64,000 bases of DNA from Mantamonas sphyraenae STR306 (lineage: Eukaryota > Protista > CRuMs): the NCBI GenBank assembly GCA_026936335.1, contig JAPMXV010000027.1:1-64000 (forward strand), in the 5' to 3' direction. The notes under the pieces are model-generated. The model saw nothing but the letters and a program-made list of their open reading frames with translations, searched no databases and was not told the DNA's origin. A program made the translations under genes and the position numbers. Shown here piece by piece: positions 45,784 to 58,818 of the stretch (the stretch's first letter is position 1; every line of letters starts with the position of its first letter).

Positions 45784-46873
45784 ATGCCGGTGAGTTACGG
45801 CTGCCTTTTCTACAAGCCCCTTCCCCCAATCCCCGCGCGCCCCGCAACACACACGCACCTCCACACCTCCATCCGTGCTCTTCTGCAACCAAAGACACGA
45901 CACACAGGTTGATGAAGCGCTGACACAATTTCGCCCCTGCCTGACTTTGGCCTCGCCGCGCTGCTTAGGTCTACCACTCCAGCTTCAAGCAAGACAAAGA
46001 GTTCCAACAGCTGTGCAAGAACTCCCTGCTGCCTCTGCGCACAAAGTTCAAGGGCCCTGCCCAGGCTGACGACTCGCTCGGTGCGTTTAGGCCGATCGGC
46101 CACAGCCCCTCCCGCCACCGATTGCTTCCCGCCTTCTATGGCCACACAGAACCCTCGTCACACCATCCATCATCCGTGTACACATAGATGGGTCTTTGTG
46201 TGTGCCACCCTCCCATGTGCATACGTTGTGTGTCTCCCTGTGTGCTCCTACGGCGCCTCGTCCCTCGTCGCGGGAGGGCTTTTTTGTGCACCCATTCGCA
46301 AGCCCGACTGGCTTTCCTCCGCCACACCTGCTTGTACACACCCACACACGGGTTGTACCACAGCTAGGGCAGACGCTGCCTCTTGCTCCATTTACCTATA
46401 CTGACACCCCTTCCTGCACGCTTGCTATTGGCGTGCTTGTGGCTACCTCGTTCCCGTGCACAGAGAAGGACGTCGTTGACGAAGCGCTCGCTTTCTTCAA
46501 GGCCAACATCCTTTTCCGCAACTTTGAGATCAAGAGCGGCGCCGACCGTGTGCTCATCTACCTCACCCTGTTCATTTCGCAGTGCCTGAAGAAGCTGGAG
46601 ACCTGCCGCGGCAAGTCGGACGCCGAGAAGCAGATGAACACCCTGGCCATCTCCTCCTTCTCTATCCCGGGTGACAAGGGCTACCCCATGAACGGAATGG
46701 TGCCCGCACCGGCCGACCGCAAGGAGGCTGACAGCATCCGCGCCTACTACATGCAGCTGCGCCAGGAGCTCACCATTCGACTTCTCGAGCGCTGCTGGGA
46801 CGAGGAGAACGACAAGCTCAGCAAGTGGTGGTCCTGCTTCTCCAAGCGCAAGTTCATGAACATGTCGTTGTGA
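45784..46873 (+). CDS. ARPC3: Arp2/3 complex subunit 3 (p21-Arc)
   Basis: MP / VYHSSF..LLPLRTKFKGPA / DVVDEALAFFKANILFRNFEIKSGADR..SKWWSCFSKRKFMN. Confidence 0.96.
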
Positions 46874-46907
46874 GCTGGAAGTGCCATGAATCAACTGTCC
46901 ATTCTTT

Positions 46908-48265
46908 TCACTCCTTTGTCGACATCCCGTCTTGCAGGGAAACAAGGAAAGCCGCGCGCTGCTTCACATCCAGGGCCTGCAAGCAGTGTACCAGCGCCTC
47001 GGCGGCTGCCATGGCATCTTCCTGCATCATCTCCTGCATGCGTGCGGCAAAAGCCTGCACCTTGAGCGATTTGACAAACACGCCTTGCACCTGCGCCTCG
47101 TTCTCCATCAACCACGTCGCCACCGCCTCGTTCTGCTTGCCAGCCTCCTCCACGCTCATGCCCAGTTGCTCAGCCACCCATGCGCGCAGTTTCTGCAAAC
47201 CCTCTGCGTACGCCAGGCCGTCCACACTCTGCACAATCTCGTGCTCCAGCAGGCGCCTGCGCATGCGCCAGAAGAACCACTGGCGACTCTCCTCCCACTG
47301 CACAATGTGTTCGATCACACCCTTGGCGTGCATGCGCACGGGTGTGTCGTGCAGCGCGCAAAAGTGCGTCGCCAGCTGCTGGTACACAGGGAACAGCTCG
47401 TCCTGACGTTCTGCCAGCTTCTTCTTCAGCGCGCTCACCTCACCCGAGAGCTGCTCGCGTGCCGCCTCGTCTTGCTTCATCTCTGCCTCCAGCTCGGCAA
47501 TCTCGCCAGCCAGAGACTTGCACTGCTCGTCCGTGCGCAGCATCGTCGCGCGCACTGTCGCTCCGCGGAATTTGATCGACTGGATGCCTTCGGGCTCCAG
47601 AATGCCTGCACGTGCACGAGGGTCCGCATACATCTCCATCATGTCGCCGTTGATCGTTGCATCCAGCACCACCCACGCCCCTCCGCGCAACTCGGCGTAC
47701 GGAGGCAGGTACACAAAGACAGGCTGCGTGTACGTGCGCAGGTTGTCCACAATGTACGAGCCGTACTTCAGCACTTCGTCAAACATGTCGCGCATGCCAC
47801 CTGAGAAGCCGCGCCAGTTGGCAAAAATAACCAGTGGCAGACCCTCCTTGCTGAAATCCTGGATGGCTTGCGCCGTTTTGTACGCGCTGTCCGGGAACCA
47901 CACCTGGCCTGGCTGCTGCACCACGTGCTCGTTCGACATCTCGTCCGCAGGGTCTGCCGGTCGGATGCGCTGCACCGTGCGCGTCTCCACGGCAATCACA
48001 CCTGTCGGGATGCCTCCCAGGCGCGCTCGCCCACACACCACGGTCTCCGCCCACGCAGACAGCGTCTCCACAAACGAGCCCTGGTCAAAGAAGCCTCGCA
48101 GCAGACGCTCACCCGACGCATCCACGTCGGGCAAGCTGCCGCTAGCGATACTGCGCACGCCTTGCGAGCCAAGTGACAGAGTAAGATCACCCACGCCGCT
48201 CATGCCTGCGGGCACAACCGACATGCCACTCACAGAAGCAACATCATCGTCCACCTCTGCGTCTG

Positions 48266-48297
<32 letters not shown>

Positions 48298-51200
48298 CCA
48301 GCTCCTCCCTCCACGACCACGCCCTGCAACAGCGCACGTGGGTTGTATGCCTCACCCTTCTGTGGCACAAAGGCCACTTGGCGATCCACAGCATCGGCAC
48401 TGGGCACCACAGGCACTCCGGTGCGCTGCTTGGCCGGCAGGAAGCTCAGCCAGTTCACCAGTGCCCCCATGCCCTCGAGGTCGTTGTTCACCGTCAAATG
48501 GCTCACGCCGTTGCGGAACATGATCTTGGGTCCGCCGATCTGCAGGTTCGACGTGTAAACGTGGTGGCCCACCAGCCTATTCAGCGCAGCAAAGCCGGTG
48601 AGCAGAATCGGTGCTGTGCGCAGTTGTACCACACGCTGGCCAAGGCGCACAAGATACGCGCCAATGCCCACCGCTCGGCCTGTCACGTACGACAACGTGA
48701 CCACCTCGTCATATGCGGCCGACATCTGGCTCGCAATCGTGCCCGACCCGCGCAGGTTTTCTACGCCGATGCCGTCCTCTGTGCCGATGATGTCTGTGAT
48801 GCGGTAGCGCACCTCACCACTCTCCAGTGTCACCTCCTCCGTGACAATTGCCTGGGGATGTTTCTGCATCACGCGGCCATAGTCTCCGGCATCCAGGTAG
48901 ATGTACTCAAAGCCGCTGCCCGGCTCGCCAGCATCCTTCCACGCCACCTTGAACAGTCCGATCACTTCCTTGGCCAGTCCAATGCGTGCACCACTGTTGG
49001 CCGCCACATAGAGCAGCGGCACGCGCAGCGAGCGTGCAAGGTCCGAGCCATACTCGTACAGCTTGTCCTCCAGCACGCCAAACGACCCGCTGACGACGGT
49101 GATGTCGTTGGCAAGCATCACCACACGTCGCCCCTGCGGGTACTCTGGCGTGCGCATGGTGATGAGCCAGCCCACCATGCCCAGCGTGTTTGTGCCGGGC
49201 GGCACACCAGCCTTGAGGGCAAATGTCACCGTGTCCCTGGTCACAGGGGATCCTGCCAGAGCACTGGACGATGACTGGGCCTGCACACCCTCGCCACCCG
49301 GAGCCTGCACCACAATCTCCTCCAATTCCACGAGTGGTTCGGCAGGACGCGACTGCACGTCCACACGTGTCTCCACAGCAGCCGCCCACTGTGCGGCCAC
49401 AGCACTCTCCAGCAGGATGGGAAAGTCGTAAGCGTAACTGGTTCCCAGCACCTGCGCACGAGTGCGCTTGGCTGCCAGCTTCGAAGCCACAGGGTACGGC
49501 GCAGAGGGCGACGCAACTTGGCCGCTGTACACACGAGCGTGTGCAAGCTCTTCTGCCACCCATCCGCTCTCGGTCCACGTGTACACGTCGGTGGTAACAC
49601 ATACGCCCGCGGCAAAGCCCAGAAACACACGGCGCACGGTCTGTTCGTCGCCCTCGTTTGTGCTGACTGCAACTTCCACCTCCTGCACATCCTGCTTGGC
49701 CAGCAGGTGCACCATGCGGCCCACGAGCACATCCATGCCCTCCAAAAGTGCCTGCAGATCCACAGACAGGGAGCCGAGCATGTTCAGGAAGATGTGTGCG
49801 CCCGACGCTCGCGTGATGCCTGTGCGTGCCTGCGCATATTCCAGCGCACTCACCGCGCGCAGCAGATGCATCTCCACAAAGTTGACAATCTCCACATTGT
49901 GCGAGGCGTCGCCCTTGGCCAGCGGGATGATGCAGCGCGCAAAGAAGCGATCCTTGCTCTCCTTGGACCCGCCCACCGAGCTGCCGCCCATTTTGGCAAA
50001 CGATCGCCTGCGTGCCTGCATCGTCATGACACCGCCGTCGGTGTGCATGCCCGCCGATGCCTGGTAGATGTGGATGTTGGTCTTGTTGGTGGGGCACACG
50101 CTCAGCTCAAACTGGCTCAGACGCGGCAGCTCCAGATAGTCTGCCATCGTCGGCTCGATGTGGCGCACGTACGCGTCCTCCTTGAAGCCCAGGTAGGAAC
50201 GGAATGTAAAGATGCGCATCGGCTGCTCTTCCTCCTCCTCGCCCTCGGGCGTGAGCAGCACAAGCGACACACGACGCACACCCAGCTTGGCCAGGTTCTC
50301 CTCGCGCTCCACAAACAGCTTTTCCAAACGAGCGACCAGTTCGTCGTCGTCCTCGTCGTCCTGCAGTGCACTCGTCTGCTCCGAGCCCAGCACCACATAC
50401 AAAATGGCATTCTGTGTGCGCTCCGCCATCGACGACGGGGCGTACTGGGCAAGCAACTGAGTCAACAACGCATCCAGACGAGCTTCAACGTCGTCTGCCT
50501 GCGACCAGGCCACCAAGAAACCACGACGCGGTGCGTTGAACACATCGGCCCCCGCCGCCGCTGCCATGGCCGCCGATTCGGCTTCGGCTTCCATTGCAGC
50601 GAGGCTTCCACTGCCCTGTGCCCCGATGGTCGGCGACGAACGCACGAGCCCTGACGCAGCCATGCTGTCTACGCTGTCGATGCGCCAGATCTGCGGCCCG
50701 GTGTCCTGCTCTCGGCTGGCTCGGTTGAGCACAGAGGAGCTCAGCGACGCTCCCTCTGCCAGTTCATACTGCCAGCTGGCCAGATTGACCGGTTGGGCGT
50801 CGTCCAGCTCCAAGGTCTTGCACTCCACATCCAGGATCTGGTACTCGGCGTACTGGCGACGAATAAACGTTTGCATCGAGGCGAAGCTCAGCTGGGTCTC
50901 GGAGTGAGCCAGCATGCGGATCAGAATGTCCTCACGCACCTGGTCGTGTTCGTCTTGCACATACGGCGCAAGCACTTGACCAGCCTGCTCGGGCTTGGTG
51001 GCCTCCAGCAGCTCAGCCACGTGGCGCAGCTTCTCCGTGGCCACTTGCACCTGCTCGCTGTAGTCCTCCGACTGCAGCGACAGCATCAAGTACTTGCTGT
51101 GGATGCTCACGTCGGCAAACACGGGCTGGCGCAGCGACTCCAGCTTCTCCAGCATGGGCAGGAATGCGCGGATCTGCTTGGCCACCACATGCTGCAGCAA

Positions 51201-54200
51201 GCCCAGCACCAGCTGGTTCTTGGCCTCCACATGCGCGTGCGAGCGCAACAGGTCGTGCACAAGGTCCGGTTGGTCCTTAAAGTGCACGCGCAGCTCATTG
51301 ACAATGTCTTCGTACGGCCAGTCGTGATCGAACTGACTGGCTACGTCGTAGTACTGCTTGAGCAGCGACATGGTCACGCGCACCAGGTAGGCGTTGGGTC
51401 CACCCTTGTGGCTGCGCAGAAAGTCCATCAGCGGCGTGAGCAGCGACTGTGCAGCGTTGCGGTCCGAGGCCGACCCGAGGGACGCAAGGTAGTCCTGCAA
51501 TGCGGTCTGCATCGTCTCAAACGGGAACTCGGTGCTGGTATCCTCTGCAACCATGGCACTGTACGTCTGCATGCAGTCTTCCAGTTTGGTGTACAGCTCG
51601 GGCGGGATGCGACCGGTCAGCGGGGACAGCACCTCGTTGAAGTGAAACAGACTAAGTTGCGGGTTGCGCAGCAAGGCCTCAAGCTGCACCACCCGGTGAG
51701 TCACCTCCTTCTGCGACAAAACGTGCGACTCGGGGCTGGGCTGGTAGCCGCTGAGCACAGTGACTGCGTACTTGAGCAGGCTGCGCTCCTCCAGAGCCAG
51801 ATCGACGTCGACCCCCTCGCGCGGAGGTACCACACGCAACGGGTCCAATTGTTTGGGCAGCGTGTCCAGAGACGGCTGCGACTGCTTGACAACCGTGCCC
51901 TGGGCCAACTGCATGCGTGCAATGACGTCGTCGGTGTCCACAAATGTGCCTTCCGACTTTGTAAACGTAATGACGCCGTCCACCTGCGCCTTGAGCGTGA
52001 GCAGCATCTTCATCACCTCGATTTCCGCCACGGGGTCGTCCTTGCTGACTTGGGTGCCGTTGGGCACCAGGTAGCGGTACAGCTTGCCTGCGCTGCTTGT
52101 GCGAAGCGTGCGCGGGTCGACCTCCTGCGTCACAAACGAAAACGTGCGTCCGTTGATTTCCATGCGGAAGCCCGTCTTTCTCTTCGCGCGTGTAGCACAC
52201 AAAGCTCTGGCCACCCAGAGAAATGAGCAGACCGCCGTCGGACAGCGAACGTACGTTGGCGGCCGCCATGGTTCCGTTGAGCATGAGCACGAGGTCGTTG
52301 GGACTGCTGATGCATCCCTTGAACACGTACTTGCGCTCCTCAAAGATGATCTGCGTGTCAAAGTACGTCTGGACACTTTCGTCGGAGGGCAGCTGTCCAC
52401 GTTCCAAAGACGCGTACAGGTCTTGCTTGTGCGCACGCAGCTCCTTGTAGCCACGCGTGGCTGCGCCACAGGTGATGGCCACCAGGGTGGGCGACATCCC
52501 CTGCACGTACAGGCCGCTGCTTGTGCTGCCCACAGACTTGAGGGGACGGGTGCTGGGCCCATCATCTCCAGAGATGGAGCTGGTGCTAAGCGAGTGCTGC
52601 TGCTGCTGCTGCTGCTTATCGCTGCCGCTGCTGCTGTGCACTTTGGCCGCCAGCGACGACGACGCAGAGGACATCGAGCCAGCCGACGATTCGTTGTCCA
52701 GCTCCGACTGCGACTCGCTGGGCTGCACCTCCATGGACGAGACACTCTCCAGATCGGAGTCGATGGCAGCGGCGGCAGCCTGTGCTTGCTCGTCGCGCTC
52801 CGTGTTGCGCTCGACAATGTACGTGTCCAGCCACGAGGTGTTGAAAGCGTTGGACAGGAATGCAGGATGCTCCAGAATCTCGATTTCGACTTCCACAGTG
52901 TAGCGGATGTCGCCCAGCACAGTCATGCCCTTGAGAGCGACAATCAGGTTGCGCTGGGCTTCCACGCGGTCTGCTCCATACGCAAACACGTGTCCAAACT
53001 GCGAGTCGGAAAACTCGTGGATGCCACCCGAAGAGCCGACCGAGAAGTAGGCCCACGCCTTGCTGGTGCTGCGAAAGGTGAGCTCCTGGATGGAGCCCGA
53101 GGTGGGCTGGAAGTTCTTGTCGGCGTTCTCGGCAGTGATGCGTGCGGCAATGACGTGGCCCTCGGGTTCCCTGCGCTGGTCGTTGTCAAAGTCGATTTCC
53201 GTGTCCTCGTCGTCGTCGTGGCCGTAGAAGGAACGGATGTCCGGGATGCGGTTCAGCGGGATGCCCATAGCGACGCAAAGCATGCAGGCGGGCAGGTTGA
53301 TGCCCAGGATGCCTTCGGTTACGGGATGTTCCACCTGAAGACGAGGGTTCATCTCGAGGAAGTAGTAGTGGCCATCCGTGTAGAGGAATTCGACAGTGCC
53401 GGCCACGCTGTACCCAACGCTCTTGGCCAGTCGAACAGCAGATGCCTCCATGTCGTGGAATTGTTCGCGCGAGCAAATGGTCGCCGGCCCTTCCTCGATG
53501 AGCTTCTGATGACGACGTTGCACCGAGCAGTCGCGTCCGTCGAGGGCGACTGTGTTGCCGTAGCGATCGGCCAGGATCTGCACCTCGAGATGGTGGCAGT
53601 CGACACCCATGCGCATGAGGAACACAGGCGAGCCTGGCACTTCTGTGAGCACCTGGCGGTATGCAGCCTCGAGATCGTCGAGCTGAAGGACTTTGCGGAT
53701 CCCCTTGCCTCCGCCGCCTTCGCTGGCCTTGATCATGAGCGGGAAGCCAATGATTTCGGCATGATACTTTGCCTCTTCAAAGTTCTTGACGCAGGCCTTC
53801 TTGAACACCTCGTCGGTGAGCTCGTCTGCGCTGGACACGCGCACTTCTGCGCCGGACCAGGGGATGCAAGGTACGTCGCTGCTCTGGGCAATGATGGTGG
53901 AGGCGATCTTGTCACCCAAGGCAGACATGGAAGCCGCCGATGGACCAATAAAGACGATATTCTCCTTGGCACAGGCCTCGGGCAGCTATGCGGTGTGTGA
54001 GCGGACCTGAACAGCCTCGGAGCAATTCGCATGCTGCGCATCCCTGCAGGTGGGAAAAGTCGTGCGGGTGCTGAAAAGGTACTTACAGCTGGGTTTTCGC
54101 TGGCATAGCCCCAGCCAGGCCACACGGCATGGGCCTGGATGCGCTTGGCCAGGCTGACGACGAGCTGTACGTTGCTGTAGTTGTTGTTGCCGGGCCCTCC

Positions 54201-54482
54201 AGGCACCTCGACAAACTCGTCAGCGAGCCGGATGTACTCTGCGTTGATTTTCAGGTCATCCGGGGTGGCCATGGCCACCAGACGCACTGCGCGGTCGTCC
54301 TGGAAGGTTTTGTAGCACCATGCGCGGATGGAACGAATGGCTTTGACTGCAGCCAAGCCGTTGTTGGCCACCAGGACCTTTGTGATGACGTGTGTGCCGC
54401 CATGGGCCTTGACATACGCCTCCACGGGAGACCCCTCTTCGCCGCCACTCTGTGCAGACGACATGGCAAGGCTAGATGACAT
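46908..54482 (-). CDS. ACC1: Multidomain eukaryotic acetyl-CoA carboxylase (BC-BCCP-CT)
   Basis: [36 protein letters not shown], biotin site [21 protein letters not shown]; one intron near 54.0 kb; +1 frameshift near 52175. Confidence 0.97.
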
Positions 54483-54675
54483 GTTGGATGGCCGTGCACG
54501 CAAGCAGGGGGTTGTGGTGCACACCGCAGCGCCGATGAAGAAGGCTCGGAGAATTTTGTCGGCGGTCCGTGTTGTTGACCAGGGTCCGCTTGAGAGGCTG
54601 CACAAGAGGTCAATGGAGGTGGAAGACACGTGCAAAGCATTGAACGTTGTGTATGCATCCCTACAAACTGCCAGA

Positions 54676-56646
54676 TCAAGCAGCAGAGCGAGCGAGAGGA
54701 GCGCGTTCGCCGCCCTGCATCACCTTCATCTGGATGTTGTTGTGCAGCTGCTCGTCAATGAGGTACTGGCCGCTCTCACGGTTGCGCTCCAGATCCTCGC
54801 AGTAGCAGACCAGGACGGTGTCGGCGGCAGCCTGGACCAGCGAGCCGGCGAGGTGGAAGATGACGAGGGAGACACCAAACACGAGGACAAGGGTGATGAG
54901 GCCTGGAACACGGCCAGCGACACGAGTGGCACCCCAGAGGATGGCGGTGCTGAGGCAGGCGCCAAACAGCTTGCCCATACCCAGGATCATGTCGCCAATC
55001 TGGTCGACGATGAGGGCGTCGATGAAGTTGCGCTTCATCAGCGCCCAGCAGCTCTTGGCGGAGGTGCAGAAGTCTTCGCCATACATGGCCACGTAGATAA
55101 ATGCGTAGCGGTTGAGGAAGCGCACGATCTCGCCGAGGCACTGCACGAGGCAGCGGACGCAGCACAGCACAAAGCACATGAGCAGGTTGCCCTCCTCGCG
55201 GGCCTCGTTCTCAGCCTGGCGCAGCATCATGTTGATAAAGTCAATGATGGCCACAATGAACGAGCCGTAGGCAATGGAGCCCGACGCCTTGAGCGCACGA
55301 CCGAAGGAGCCCCAGGACGGGCTGCCCGACGGCTGCACGACGTTTCCGCGCGAAAAGTACCACTGGGCGGTGGCACCGGCCACGCTGGTGTGGAACATGC
55401 CGGCCATGAAAGCGGTGAACCAGTAGAAGAAGAAGAGGAGGTAGTACGAGTACGCGGCGTCGCTCTCGTCAAACTCAAACTTCTCTGCGTTCGCAACGTT
55501 GCCGTTCTTGGGCACGGTGTTGACGTACACGAGCGTTGAGATCCACCACTGTGTTTTTGGATGGGACAAGGCAATCCGAGGCGGACCGAGAGGAGTCAGC
55601 ATGCACGTGGCAGAAGCGACGCATTATCACAAAAATAGCGGGCGGGCGCGCACACACGCACACACGCACGCACACGATGCACACCACACACTTACCGCCA
55701 GAAAGCCGACGTAGACGACCATGAGCACAAGGGCAACAAAGATGATGCCCGGGTTTGTCTGCAGGGAGCGGCAGGCCTCCTCGAACATGAGGACGGCAAA
55801 GTTGATGCGATCGCGCAGGCGATAGATGAAGAACGCCGACAGCAGCGACAGGACGATGAGGATTCCACCGCCGACCTGCAGGCCAGTGTCCTGTGCCTTG
55901 GTACCTTCGGCAGCGAGCACGGCGCCCATCACCAGCAACAGCAGGACGCTGAAGATGAGGGTGAAGCTGCGAGCGGAAAAAGACGCGGTGGGAGTCAAAG
56001 AGCGTCAGCGCATGGTTGCACAAGAAACCCACCGTCGTACGCCGCATCAAGACACCCAATGGTACGACAGAGACGCTGCACGAGACAATGTGTGCAATCA
56101 CATGACAAAGCGCACCAGAGCGGTGCCAGGCCACGGTGCATGCACAGAGGGGGGACCGAGGAACGAAAAAATGAACGACTGTGGAGAAAATTTTTCCCAC
56201 CATGTGCGCAGCGAGGGGCGATTGCGGGGAAGGGACACGCGGGGCTACGCGGGGCTCTGCAGGGCAAAGGGGAAAACGTACTACACAAAGAACTTGGTGA
56301 ACATCTTGAGGAGCTGGATCCAGAGGAAGGCGACGGCGACAGAGACGCCGAGGCTGAGGACAAGGAGGTCGAGATCCTTGGTCATGTTGGCGACCTGGTC
56401 TTGGACCTGTGCATCACTGCGCACTTGCTTGGTTTGATCCTTGGCCTGCTTGATGATCAGGTCGGGGCGGCCGTTCTGGTATGCGTGGACCGAGATGACA
56501 CCCATGCCAACCAGGGCGGCGATGAACAGAAAGAGGAAGAACACGTCGTTGACCTTGCGGTTGGTCAGCTTGATTCCCACCCACGTGGGGTCGTTCTCCA
56601 ATGGCAGCGAGTTGCCAGCCATCTTGTCGTCGTCGTAGAATGACAT
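54676..56646 (-). CDS. Choline transporter-like (SLC44/PNS1 family) membrane protein
   Basis: [74 protein letters not shown]. Confidence 0.9.
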
Positions 56647-56724
56647 CTTGGATTGCGTGGGCAGCTTCGGGCGAGTCGGCCCCGCTCCTCCAAAGCAAAA
56701 CTCAAGTCCCAGTCCCAGTCCAAG

Positions 56725-58787
56725 ATGACCACCTATGGGCGCCTGGTGGTGCACAAACTGCACCTGAACGGGCAGGACCAGACACACGAAGGCTTGGTCA
56801 ACGACTTGATCCTTGCTGGCTCCACCGTGAAGCTGGGTCGCAAACACTTCTTCAAAGACCAACGCATCTCGAGCAACCACCTGACAATCAGCTTACAGAG
56901 CGTGCGACGCGAGGGTGGCGACGGGAAAATCCGCCACGGCTACAAAGTGGCACTGACGGACACCAGCGCAAACGGAACGTGGGTCAATGGCCACCGTGTC
57001 AAAGGGCAGCACTTTCTGCGCACGGGCGACATCATCACCGTGGTCAAGAGCGATGACTGTAGGTGTTGGCATTGCAATGTGCCTGGGCAGGGTGTGGTGT
57101 GTGCATGCGTTGTCCAGACCGAGCAGGGACCGCGCACAGCGGAGGGTATTTTCGCTGACGCTGGAAAACGTCTGTTCATTTTGTGCTGCAGTGGAGCTTG
57201 CATACAGATTTGAAAAGGGCGCAGGGAACAGCAGCAGTAGCAGTACGACGGGGAGCAGTAGCAGCAGCAGCAGTCGCAGCCAAATTGGGTCGACAGAGAC
57301 ACTGAACGACAGCTGGACGCAGGCGGACTCGGACTCGTCCGAATCCGACTCAGACGAGGACAGCGACGGCGCACGATTCCGCACGGCAAAGGGCATGCTG
57401 GACTCGCCCGTGTTCTACAGCACACTGCTATCAGCACAGGCACCCCTGCCGCACGAGATCGATCAGCTGAACTTCACCATGAGGGCAGGGTCGAAGGAAC
57501 TGGAGGCGAACCGTTGGCGAGACAAGTTCCTGGAGCTGGACGGCATCGAACGGCTGGCCGAAATGTTTGTGTCGCTGACCACAATGGAGAACAAGAGCGA
57601 ACTGGACAGCCAAGTGGAAGAGGGGATCATCTCTGCGCTGGAGTTTCTGGCGGACAGCGAGGCTGGGTTCAGCAAACTGGTGGAAACCAAGGGGGCTCTG
57701 GCCAACCTGTGCATTGGGTTCCCACACGCCAACGAGTCTATGCGCATCCCACTGATGCAGGTGCTCAGTGCAGTGTGTCTGTACTCTGAGGACGGACGCA
57801 CCATTATCTTTGACACCCTGGTCAGCCTGGTGGACAAACGCAAAGAGGTGATCCCATTCCGCATGTTGATCAACACGCTCACCGACTCGGACGACGAGAA
57901 CGCACAAATCGAAGCCATGACCTTCATCAACGCGCTGTGCAACTGCCCAGAAGAGATTGGCGACCGAATGATTGCACGTAAGCACTTTGACTCCATGGAC
58001 ATCGGCAGTGTGATGGAGGGCCTGAAGATGAGCCCAGAAATCGACGAAGAGCTCCTACGCGTGTTTGCACTGTACAGCAAGCGGCAGGAGGAGGACGAAG
58101 CGGCCGCCTTGTTTCGCGGTACCGATCTGACCGACGCGGAAGCCATCGCCAGGACGCTAAAAGAGCGCATGCACGGAAAAGAAGCCTACAGCTACATGGT
58201 CACACTGATGCAACAGATGCTGTTGATGCCAGTGCGCGGCAGGCACGCGATGGCCAAGTGGCAGGTGGCAAGCCGCTTTCTGGGTCAAGTGGTGGCCAAC
58301 GAAGCACACAGCGAGTCGGCATCCATGGGGTTTGAGCTGGACGAGCTGAAGAAGATGCTGGAGGAGAATCAGGGTGGAGACGAGGCCGATTCAAGTGGCA
58401 AAGCCGCGGATGACAAGCCGGACGACTCGCAGGCGTGGGGGATTGTGCGTGGGTTCATCGACATGCTGGTTGGAGGCAATGAGAGCGACGAAGAAGACAG
58501 TGCAGCAAGCGACAAAGATGGCGAGGCGTCGAGTAGCAGTGGTGGCGGCAATGGCAGTGGATCGAAATGGTCGTTGGTGCGAGAGAGCCTGGTTGACGGA
58601 CAGGACACGCCGTCCATTTACAGCAACATGGAGCGATTGAACGAGGATCTGGTCAACACACGCAAGGAGTCCGACAGGCTCAAGACACGCGTGGATGAGC
58701 TGAGCAAGGAGCTGGACCAGGCAAAGACACGAGCGCTGGACCTGCAGAGTGAAAACACAAAGCTTCAGGACAGCTTGCGCACAGCAG

Positions 58788-58818
<31 letters not shown>

